Shown here in pieces: positions 36,501-48,500 of a DNA stretch of 64,000 bases. A program made the translations under genes and the position numbers. Source of the DNA: Pavona decussata (Eukaryota); contig CDRNST010000226.1 of NCBI GenBank assembly GCA_977016875.1, forward strand, positions 744,001-808,000, read 5' to 3'. Every line of letters starts with the position of its first letter. Positions within the stretch are counted from its first letter, which is position 1. The notes beneath the pieces are model-generated. The model did not search any database, had not been told where the DNA came from, and was given only the letters and a program-made list of their open reading frames with translations.

Positions 36501-39500
36501 AACAAAAGCATCTTTGTCGGGAAGCATGCGTTGCAGTCTGCCACAGGTTTCCACCAACTTCTTGTGTTCTGAAACAGCTTTATTAATCTGCCACATGAAA
36601 ACAATACAAGAACTATTTATTTATTTATACAGGAGCATCTGATTTAGCTAATAAGAAGCTAGTTTAAACAGAGTACTGATTAAATAATAAATAGACTCTA
36701 GAGTAAAATCCAATACAACTAGCGACACAACATTCATTTGTACCATTCTAGTAACTAATTTTTTTTTTTAGCTGTTTCCCTGTGATTCAACACCAACAAA
36801 ATTTAATGGCAAAAAGTGTATAATTGTTACCCTCTCCTCTTCTTCTTCTTCCCAAAATTGTTTATCCAGTACAAGATGTTCCTCGTATTGTTTGTTCAAA
36901 AGAGGAATCTCTTCCACACGCATGGCTCTTGCCAAGTAATCCATCTAGGCAATAAAAGAAAACAGCGTAAGATTAAATGCCACCAGTTTATTTAATTTTT
37001 ATTACTGATAAAAAACAAAAACAAAAACAAAAAACAATAAAATAAAGGAAGAATCTAAACCCAGAAAGAAGGTAAGAGGTTCATTTTAACTCGTGAATGC
37101 GCGCATCAGAATAATCTTATTCAATCTGTAGAGAATAATTTGATGATCATTGGTGCAAGAATAAAAAATTTTTCGATAAATCTGTGCAAAGTTACAAGTT
37201 TTTTCAATTTTTCTGAAAGTCTGGAGTCGTAAGTTCAATTAGTGAAAAAAAAAATTATTTCACGGCATATCAGAATAATCTTATTCAATACAAGAATGGA
37301 GATTTTTTGTTAAACCTGAGCAGAGTTATAAGTTTTTCGTTTTTCCACAAAGTGCGGTGTCCAAATTCAATTAATGAAGTGTCGGCATGAACTTTGAATA
37401 AAAAAAAAAAAAGGTGAAAATTTTCTAATCGGCGCATTAGAAAACCTTATTCAATGTGTAGGGAATAAGTTTACAATCATTTTAGTACAAGAATGGTTAT
37501 TTTTCGTTTAAAATCGGGCAGAGATATAATTTCTTTTAGCTTTCAAGGTGGTGTTGAGTTTCAATATACTGAGGTGTCATCTGCATTCACGAGTTGGCTC
37601 ACAGGAGCCTTTGATTACTTTTTAGCAACATTTGAGAAAGAAGGGCTATCATTAGCCTCCTCTGCAGACATTCTTTGGCTCTTCACGTCACGCACTCCTC
37701 CTGTGTCACATACTCCTCTTGACGAGCCAAAGAAGGTCTGCATAAGAGGCTAGGCTATCATTAACAGCCAGCAAGCAGCTGCTACTGCCAGCCTAAATGA
37801 TGTGACCAGCTATTCAAAGTCTGAAAGTGAATGAAACTCAAGACAACAGCCATTAAATGCTTTCCTTAGTCAACAACCAGCCACTTTTCTCAAGGAACCA
37901 AAGTCTCCAAAGCTTAAAGACAACCACGGTACAGCAGTTAGGAGTTCAAGAATTAGATGGCCATCTCACCTTTTTCTCTTGGGTCTTGAGCCTTATCTGC
38001 AGTTCTCTTTTCTCTTTGTCAAGTTGTTCAACTTGTCTGGCCAAGATATCATCTGCATCCATGGCTTCGATTTCCTGTATATAAAACACACAAAAAAAGT
38101 TGGCGATATAAGCATGGTCTCTGCATCATGCTTTCTTGTTTCCTTAGATAAGAAGCTATTATTCAAATTGTCTCTGTACACCCAGACTGCAAACCATTTG
38201 GAAAACTTAAAAACAATTAATAATGCTGCAAAGTGGAAGTACATGCAGTGATTCTCTGAGTTACTTCCTGTGGCAGAAGCCATTACTGGCTCTAATCAGT
38301 TGGTAGCACGTGGTTGTTTTATTCCACTGGACTGAGTAGAGCCTTCACCTTTATTACAATCCTGACCAAAACGTTCGTAACACTTGGGCTTTTTTACTTT
38401 AAAACATGAAAATTAATCCCTCCCTCCCCCTAAACAACGTTAATAGTCAGGAGTCAAACACGTCTCGAAAATCTTGTACAGTTTATCAACTTCAACATTG
38501 TTTTCTTTGGGGGGGGGGGGGGGGATAAGTTTCTAAGATTCTTTTTGGGACCTTAAACTATCGGCAATTGTCTAATTTCACAAGAAAAATTTCACAAAAA
38601 CCTACACTTACAGTACAGCTATTTACAAGAAAACATTTCTACCAATCAATAACAGTCACTGATAATCAAAGTTAAAATTGTTGAACGTAGTCAATAAAAA
38701 TGGACAGCACAATAACAGAAAGCTACCTATTTACAAATTTGATTCCATATGAGTAATTAAAATCACACAAACAACAAATACCGGTAAGATCGGTGTCGTC
38801 TTATTTTATAGCAAATGATCCCATTGTCTTCTGAGAATTTAATGTAACTAAATTATAAGTTAGGCAAAGTTAACCTCGAGACAATGCTAGCGGGTCAGCG
38901 GTTGAGCCTCAGGCAGGCAGGCTTGTGCAGGGTGGCCTCTGGGTTTGCAGGGGCTTACATGTGGTTGCATATCTCAGCTCAGCTTTGCTTTGCTTTGCTG
39001 ATCTTTGTGGATCATTGCTATTCATGGCCTGTGATACCAAGCTCATCTTGTCAATGAGTTTAAATATTGGTAGGGTAGGTAGTGACTGACAGTAGGTTCA
39101 TGCTGCATTGTACTTAAACCATAATACGCTCTGGTCCTGTGGGCAAACTATAGCATGAGTATAGCCAAACTCATAAACAGCAAAAAAGTACAGCAACACA
39201 TCACCTCTTCAGTGAGGTCCTTCAATGCCTTGGCACCAACAGATGTTTTCTTGAGCGCAGCAATCTTGTCCATAGCCTGTTTCTTTTCTATCTCCTGAAG
39301 CTCTTGCTTGCGACGCATCACCTCCCGCTTCTGTCTCTCTTCGTCAAGGCGTTTCTTTTCAGCCTGTAAACTCTCCTTCTGTTGTAACTGTAACATTTTC
39401 TGCTCTCGTTGTTCCTAAAACCAAACAAATTGAATGTCACTAACTTGTTTGCTCCAACAGTGATTAAAGATTTCCAGCTACAATCATAATCAGAAGTAAA

Positions 39501-42500
39501 TTAATGGAAGGAATGGACACAGCTGTAGGTGAACAACCTATTAGCTTCACTTTACCATCAAGACACTAAAATATTACATTATTTTACAGTAATATTACTT
39601 TCTTGGACTGCTTCAGGCTACGTTACACATACCAATTAATTGGGCTTGCCCAAGTCTGATGTTACTGATTTGAAGCTCAAAAATTTTAGTGACTGCCCGG
39701 CAAACATAATGTTTACTGAGTTGTCTATATTTCAATATTAGAGCAGTGTTCACTTGAGTGTCAGAAAACTAAAACCAAAAGTAATCACTCTAGCAAATCA
39801 ATACAAACGTAACTACAACCAGCCAACCAGTCTGTGAAGCAAAACACTAAAACAGCGGAACTCGCTTTACGAACTCCGCCTTCATACAGAGGCTTGTTAT
39901 TATGAACAGTTTTCTTGGTCCCACTCCACACATTTTCCTTAAAATCAACCTGCTTAATAAGGACACTCCATAATACAGACACTTTGTCTGGTCCCGATGG
40001 TGTCCGTAATAACAGGGTTTGACTCTAAAAGAAATTGGTGTTTAATGCAGAAAAAGAATGAGTACATGAAAGGGGAGGGGAGGTGGGGTAGTAATGTGGT
40101 GATAGGGGAAAAAAAGAAATACGAGGGATCTATCCAAGTTATCATCTTTTTAGAACAACACCCGAAAGCTGGATCTGGATTGCATGCTGGACTACACCCG
40201 CTGTATGAACTGTATGTTGTGGTTGCTCAACAGAGGTATAATACTTATTTATATGGTGCAGTAAGGTAGTTATTTTAGTACTGTAGCACTGTAAATTCAT
40301 TTTAGCGTTTTAACTAGGCATGATATTACATGCAAATAGTGTCTCCATTTAGTGGTTCTTTTACTGCTATGTCAGGCTGACAATTATGTTATCATAATCA
40401 TCATCATCATCATCATCACCATTAGAAAACAGATGAGTGACCCATGAAGACAGTAGCAAAATACTTGCCCTTTTAACATGGAGAGACTCCAAATATTCTT
40501 TGCGTGCTTCAATCACAGCCTTCCTTTCCAGCATCTGTCTGTGCTCCTTCTTGGAGGAACGCAGGTAGTTTTGAACAATCCTCTGCTGTTCTTCGTTACA
40601 TTTTTGCTGTAAATACCAAGAGAAAAAAAAACCCAAAACAAACAATGTTCATCAGAGAGAAAAATAAAATCAGAGGATAATGATAACTGGATGAAACTGC
40701 ATCAGACTATGGGTGGTTACGAATTCTCCTCAACGTATGGTGGATGCTAGGACAGTGAAGTAGGAGAGAATCATCATTTGCAGCATAAATACATAGTGTC
40801 ATTAGTTTAAAATTATTGCTACTGGAACCAAGAGAAATAGTGTCAGAGTTTGAAATGGTCAGATGGAGTTAAAACATCACAGTTCTAGTAGACATCTGGG
40901 CAAATGCCAGTCCCGTTTTTTGGTTATCAAGTTACTAAGAGATCTTTCTATCATAATGGTTCATTGTATAGATTTTAATAAGATGAAATGATTGTAAAGT
41001 TTTCATTCCCTTATTATTACATTATATTAGCTTTTAGGATTTGCATATTAGTATTTTAGAATAAACCAAGCATTATTTTATATATTCACAGTTTTAAGGG
41101 TAGTATATGTTCACCACACCAGTGCACTTTAGATGTTTGTAAATCATCCCTTGAGATCATCATAACTGGAGCAAGTGTCCAAGAAACCTCAGTATTATCA
41201 ATTCTGACCAAGCATCAACATTATTTACCTTGATGGTCTCGGGGGTAATCTTAGTAATTGCCTTGTGCAATGCTGTAGACATCAGTGTCAGCTGATTTCT
41301 GAGCCGCTCAGATGGCATTGACTGTAACAAAACAGAGAAGAAAACAATGAAGACTGTGCAACTGCTTCTTGCATAGCATTCAAACCGACAAATGCAAACT
41401 TGCTGTTGATCAGCCTATGGGTGGTTGAATCTTATCCTCATCGCAATGGTGGATGCTTGGACAAGACTGTGGTGTCAATGTTGTCATCATTTACAGCAAG
41501 CCAACAACTTATTGTTTTCATTTATACACAAAATTCTACTTGTTAGTGGGGTTTACTTACATGTAGCTCAGGTCCCGGTTGTTCAAAAGCGGATAATTTT
41601 ATCCACCTGATAGGTCGCTATGTGGCATATAAATGTGTGCAAGAATTTCCCTTTATTCCTATAGTAAATTTATTTGCATATAGAGTAGAAGGGTTGTCTA
41701 ATTTAGGTATGGGATTGTGTGGAAAACTTGCCAAAAGTGTTGTTTGGAGTACATTTGCACCGCTGGATAGTGACTTATCCACTGGATAAAGTTATCTGCC
41801 CTTTGAACAACTGGAACTTTAAGCGTAGATGGTGATAACACAACTTTATTTATAACACATGGTGGACACATCAGTACAACTCAAAGCACTAAAAAGTATA
41901 GAATTCATGTCCACAATGTTCATGGATTTTAAAGTCTCTAGCTTGTGTAACAAGGCTGTTCAGGTAGTATGGGTAGCTGTAAATCTTTGCAGTTTAGCTG
42001 TAACAGTTGTCAATGCTATTGGTTGGGTGAAAATATCATACACATTTGCCTCTGTCATTTATTTCTTCTGGGGTGAGGCATAGCTGAGTTTGATAAATTT
42101 ATTGATAAATGTGAACATCAACTTGTTGTCTTGTCACGTAGACCTTCTGAAAATGTTAACTGAATACATGTACACGTAATTGTTTAATTATGCACTAGTA
42201 TCTTTTACTGTGTGTTAGTCCAACATGGACAGTAATGAAAAGAAGTAAGGTTGCCACTCATCAGCACAAAAAAAATTTCCCTGATTATTCACTGACCACA
42301 AACCAATTTTCACTGACCACTAAAGACAAATCTTTTGGCAATAAATCCAGGAATGAAGCCTCAGAAATCAACTCCTTTGCAAATAGTTTTTGGAATGACA
42401 TTACTTTTGCCAACTAGGAAACTCTTTCTATCACCCTTGCAGCTAGCCAAAAATAAAATTCCCTGCCCATTCAGACTTTGGGTTGGGATTTAGACATTTC

Positions 42501-45500
42501 CTGACTTGATGCAAAATTCCCTGACTTTTCCCTGACCTTGAAAAATTAGGTTTTACTGAAACCAAACTTTACTGCACACTAGTGGTGAGAATTTCTAAGG
42601 TGACCATACCTGTAGATAAGGACCTTCTGGAACCTCCTCTTTGTGGGCCACATGCAGGTCAAGTCCAAAACTTATTGCCTTTGTTTTGTGGTCAATACGC
42701 ACCTGACAAACAAAAAAATAGGCAGTCTCAGACTGCATGTGTCTACTGCAGTACTGGTATAGAAATGTGATATAAAAGAATTGAAGAAAAGGGAAATAAG
42801 ACTGAAATAAAAACGAAGAGGGAGGAGTGGAAATAGGATAGAGATAAAAAAAAATGGTTGTAAAAATGTTGCACAGAATACTGGTGAGAAGAGATTAAGC
42901 TGGTATCGTTTACCACAAACATTTTGTATGAAGAGAACTGTAACTTTATTCTAACATAAACAATATATTATATAATCTTACAACCTGAACCACAACTTTG
43001 TACTGAAAGCAATGCAGCAAAGTTCTAAACATAAAGTACTGAAAGCAAAGTTCTAATCTGAAATGTAGGCATAAAATGCAACAGAAATTATTAATTAATC
43101 TATACTGAACTTATGAATGGCGTGTTTCCATAGTTTTCGCATAAATTAACTTTTTTCCAGAGCGGTTTAAACTGAATAAAATGCGCAGTAGATAAATAAA
43201 TATCGTTGGCTTCCAAAATTAACTGCATATTAAGTTGGAATGATTAAACAAATGTTTTCTGACGTAAAATAATATGGTTACCTATTAATCATTTGCCGAA
43301 AAACACACGTGAACGCAAAATTCATGGCATGTTGATGAAGACCTTTGGCATGTCAAATTTCATCCGCTTATGCAAATTGTCCTTACGCATTTGTCGCTTC
43401 TCAAACGCATATATGAATTGACAAAGACACAAAAATCAACAAAAAGCTTTCCAAAAAAAACATTTTATTGAAATAAACGATGCATTTGCTATTAGAGGCA
43501 AAAAACTTTCAGTTTTTTTGCGTGCGTGCAAACACGCATGTAAAATTTGAAGATACTCCGTGTTTGTTCAAAGCGATCACTCGCAGTAAATTCGGGCATG
43601 TTTGCCATGAAAATTACAGAAGTTACAGAATTCTGGTTCAAATCATCACTTAAACTATTTGTAAAAAGCAAATCAACATCGGAAAACATCATTTACCGTA
43701 TTGTCGCCATTGTCCTGATCCGCAAATACAATCGCTTCGATCTCAGTCAGTCGAGGATTAGCGTCGGCTTTCGATAGTATTCCATTTGGGATTCCTGTGG
43801 CATTTACACGCTTACACTCTTTCACTCTTTCACTCTTTCACTCTTTCACTCAACCCGATGACATAGTGTCTACGCTTCTCTAGAAGCCGTAGACACAAAA
43901 ATTAGTTTCCTCTGGAGGAACTGAACTTCTTTTATGAGTACAACCAGCAGTACTGCAACTCTTTGAAAGCCAACAACTTTTATTCCCCTCTTCCCCCTCA
44001 GTGCAGCATCTGATAGTGCTTTTAGGGCAATGGGCATTGTTTCTGTTGGTTTGTTTATTGTCCTGTTCTCTTAAGCACCAAACTAACAGTATGAGAGATT
44101 GCGAAACCCAATAAATGTAACAGCTAAATCATGCTGTATGGAAGAAGGATCCCTGTCCAGAATATCCAAGGGCCTCTACTGTGGCCAACTGGACTCTAAA
44201 GAGTACACCACACCACAGTTGACACTTCCTGCAACCCAACTATGAGTCCTCATGCAAACGTACCAGGCATCCATCATCACTCTAATAAGCTAACACTTGA
44301 CAAAGGGGTAGAAGAGGGGGGGGGGGGGGGGGATGATGAAAAACAGACCAAAATTGTGCCAGAAATTATCAAGACTATGTTCAGAAACTCTGATGAACCA
44401 CCATACTAAAACATGCTAGTACACTGAGGAAGTGTTCTGTCCAAGCATGCACCAATGCATACAAATACCACTGTCTACAGGACAAGTACAAGCCACACCT
44501 TGTTGTTAACTTTGTTACATTCCATCAACAGCATCTACAACTAGCTGTCTAAAACCAAAGTCACACTTCAGGTAACAGGACTGTCGCTGAGTTTTGAAAA
44601 GCTGGCTTCAGAATTAAGGTGCCCACCCACGAACTAAAGAAAGTTTCTAATGCCTGTTGTGCGTCATGCAGTTTTCAAACCGAAAGTATGGTACAACTTC
44701 ACTGTAGCTGCCAGCCATTATAGCCGATTTGATCTTAACGTTTTAGTCTGCTAGCAAAATTTCGATGAATACATGTAACCATGTAATCATAATCAATTAA
44801 AGCTACTGAGCAGTACTTTCCTATGGTTAGACTGTTTGTCATGTTGTACAAGAAGGTTCAAACTTTCAAGTATGAGTGAAGGTTCTTGCATGTTTAGTGT
44901 CTTAAAAACAATGCTGCAGGTGATGACGACGACAAAGGGTGAAATTTTGAGGTGTGAAGATGCTCCTAACTTTCGTGTCTGTGAGTAAAATCTTTTAGTT
45001 TACTGCTGGCCCGTGTTATGTTTAGCCACAAGTAAGTTAATTTTAACTGTACCTGCAACTCATTTGCAAGGGCAACATCCACAATTGCTCTCTCTAACTG
45101 GAATTCTGTAGCAAACGGCACTAGGGTCAACAGTCGTGAAAACTCCAGTGTCTGGTACACTTGAGATACCTATAACAAGAAATGCAAGCTTATACACATG
45201 GAGATAACCCTCTGGCAGCCCAATTGGAGTTGCCTGACTGGCAAGTCAGTCCCAAATATTTTGTCAAAATCATCAAAGCCATCAATTTGGCTTTATGCCT
45301 AGTTTACATTGTACAAAATGTTTGCTGAATTTGCCAAATTTGTTGTTGTTTTGGCTGTTCTTACAGTCCTGGAAATTTGATAAATTTCACCAGAATGGCC
45401 AAATGTGTGACATATGTATTCACTAACATTGTCAAATCCATCAACTTGGTTTTTCACCCACTTTACAGTCCATACAACTTGACAAAATTGTGACAAATTA

Positions 45501-48500
45501 GCCACAGAGGCCTTCAATTCTGGACACGGGTGGTCAAATAGTTGGTGAAAATATTACCTAGAATGTAATATGTACATAAAGTTTGAGAAGCTTGCTACTG
45601 CGTACCAAACTACCACGACAGAAGATTGAAAACCTAAAGCATTGGCTCACCTGTTTGAGGAGACGCACAATAGACATCTCTTGCACTGGCTTAATGTACT
45701 GCGATAGCTCCAACTCTTCATTCTTCTGCAAGAACTCCAAGATTGTATTGACCTCAATGCATAGCCGCAGGGGAGCAAACTCTCTCTCCAGGTGCTGATA
45801 CAGATCTTGCAGCTGTGGCATAATATGTTGCTGAACATTCATCTTCAGCTGTGGTTATAAGGCAAACGTAACAATAAGTTGTCAGAACATGTCAAGGTGC
45901 AATGATCTAAAGGTGTAGCAATCCCTAAAAACATGTTTGCAGATTGACAGTTTTGCTACCTACAGTTGACTACCTGACCCTTTGTACATAAACTTTTGCC
46001 AACATCTTAAATAGCAAGGTCTCCTATTCCTGTTTTGCTACATACCAAGTAAGGCACATGAAGGGGATGGTTTTGTATGACTTTCATTTTCAAGGTTGGT
46101 AGTTCATAACATTGCCTACCTTCTTGAGTAGTTCATACAGGTAGGTGAGTTACTGTATCCCACAGAACTGTATTTACTTCAATAAACCTGGGAATTTTAT
46201 TGCAAACTAAAAAACTGAAAAGGTGCATCCATTCAAATGTTCAACAAAGTCAAAAAGGTCTGTTAAGATTTAGAAATTGATTTATCCCTTACATTCCTGA
46301 ATGGATGAGACAAACATGTCCATCCCAATGCTCTGGGAAATTTATTTCTCTTTTGATTGCTGTGAAGAGGCAGTAGACCTGCCCCTTTCAAAAACTCTAT
46401 TTTCACTGGACCCTGATAATCTGCAGCTGCATTACATTTTAGGTTGGGGGCATTGTTCTGTTCTTCCTTCTTTTGCCCTGTCCACCAACCATGTAAGACA
46501 TTGCAAACGGTGCAGGTTGCCCCTGAAGAGGCTGTTTATTTGGGGGGGGGGGGGGGGGGGTTCAAGTAGATATGGTCATCTACCTCTCTCCATACAGGTG
46601 TATATACGAGGGTGTATGTACAAGTAGCAGGAAATGGTTAGGGACACTTAACAAAATGTTAGAGAAATGAAAATGTTAACTCTTCTAGCACAATGACCTC
46701 TTTAGTCCCAGATAAAAACTATGTAAAATGTCATCAGTCAAACAATCATAAAGTCCCAAGAATAAAGACAATGATCACTGAGAAGAAGTACAGTGTATCT
46801 TGATATGAATACTATAAAACAACGTCAATAAACTTCTCTCTTCTAATACTTGAAGTCAACAGTGGAGAGGGTCATCCTAAATACATCATTCAAGTCTAAA
46901 ATCAGTGACAATGGTATTGATTCCACTTTCACGTCATGTCAGTAGCTTCTTACCATGTCATTAATGAGTGATGCTCTAGTGGGAATGTTTTGTAGTCCCA
47001 ATAGGTTGGCTAAACGGCGAGATTTCTCCCTTGCATTTTCATCCAACTCCAGGTGCTTCTCTGTTTCGCTAAGTGATACAGGGATTGGAATAGCAAGAGT
47101 TGCCAACAGCACACGAGACGCCATTCTTGAGAAAAAAACAACAACAACAAAATCAAAGTCATGACTAATGTTTCTTCACTGCTTGGTCATAATCAGGATT
47201 TAAGTCAACTGTAAGTGCATGTGCTTCACCACTCATGTGATATTTTAGTTGTCTATAATAGGAAAATTTTGATTTCGCTAATTATGCCAGGAAACACTCA
47301 TAGGTCCGTTGTAGAATCCCAGACACCTCACACTCACAAAGTTACGTGCAATAACTCTAAACACAAAAATCCTCTCACTTTTGATGTTCCTCTGCAGTCA
47401 TGGTCCGTTTCTGTTCCCTGGACAGAACATAGAGCCGATGAAGAGTACAAGCATGGAATAAGTAATTCTCAGCTTTCCAAAAGACAAGAGCAACTTTCTG
47501 ATAATAGTTGGCCATCACTTGTGGCTTTGGGGGTCTCTTGGAGAGCTGCATGAGTCCATAAACATCTTCCACAGCTTTAAATGCCTCCTGTAGTGAGATA
47601 ATAAAATACAGTATTATGCATTGTAGATTCTGCAGATGCATTGACATAATGCATTATATGTGACAAAGGAGAACAAAAATCAAACTGGTTTGTAACAAAT
47701 TTAACCAGTACAATAGTCAACTCTGTCCAGAATGAACATCACTGGGATCAGTAACAACTGTCCATTTGAGAGAAAAAGCTGTCTTGAAGAGAGTTAAATT
47801 TTAAGCACAGTGACCGAATATCTTATAGCAGGGACTAACTTGAAGTGTCTGTTTTAGAGAAGTGTTTGTCTTATACTAAGAGGTGTCTGTGAAGAAAGAC
47901 TTGACGGTACATCCAACATTATTATTCAATGCATTGTAACACTGCTCAAATGTGGTCATGGTGCAAGGACTATTTGTCAGATATCCGTAGTCAACAGATA
48001 TCCTGCAATACACGTAATTTTGTTTGTCAGGAAGAAATAACAGAATAGAGATCGTCTCCAGCTTTTCTACAGTACAAGTGTGCTTTGTTATCGATCTGTT
48101 AAATAATAAAACCATTATCCTCCTCAATCTTGGGGAATGTCCCCTGGTTTTAGCCAACATGGCCTATGGCCTCGTAAGTATCAAGAGGTATGGCGCGTGA
48201 TTTTGCAGGATAATATTGTTAATTACCATGAACCCACCTGCCAGAGTTCCATGTTGATAGCACTCTCCAACTGAGCCAGCCGAGTTTCCAGGTGTAGCTG
48301 TAGAGTTTCTGGATTGGTTAGGTTCACTGTGTTAGGCTGCCCTTGATGCTTTATGGCATTGTTCAAATGGTTCCTCAACTGATGAATTAAGAACAGATTT
48401 AAGAGCATCCACTGTTAGCAATAAAATAAAGGAAATGGAAATGGCATGCATCAGATGCATGCTTACATAACCTGCAGACATGCAAGGAAGTTTGGGAGAA

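Noticed and set aside
45930-46060. Two-hairpin structure ending in ACA near an acceptor
   Set aside because: No ANANNA H box in the hinge and a weak 3' stem.
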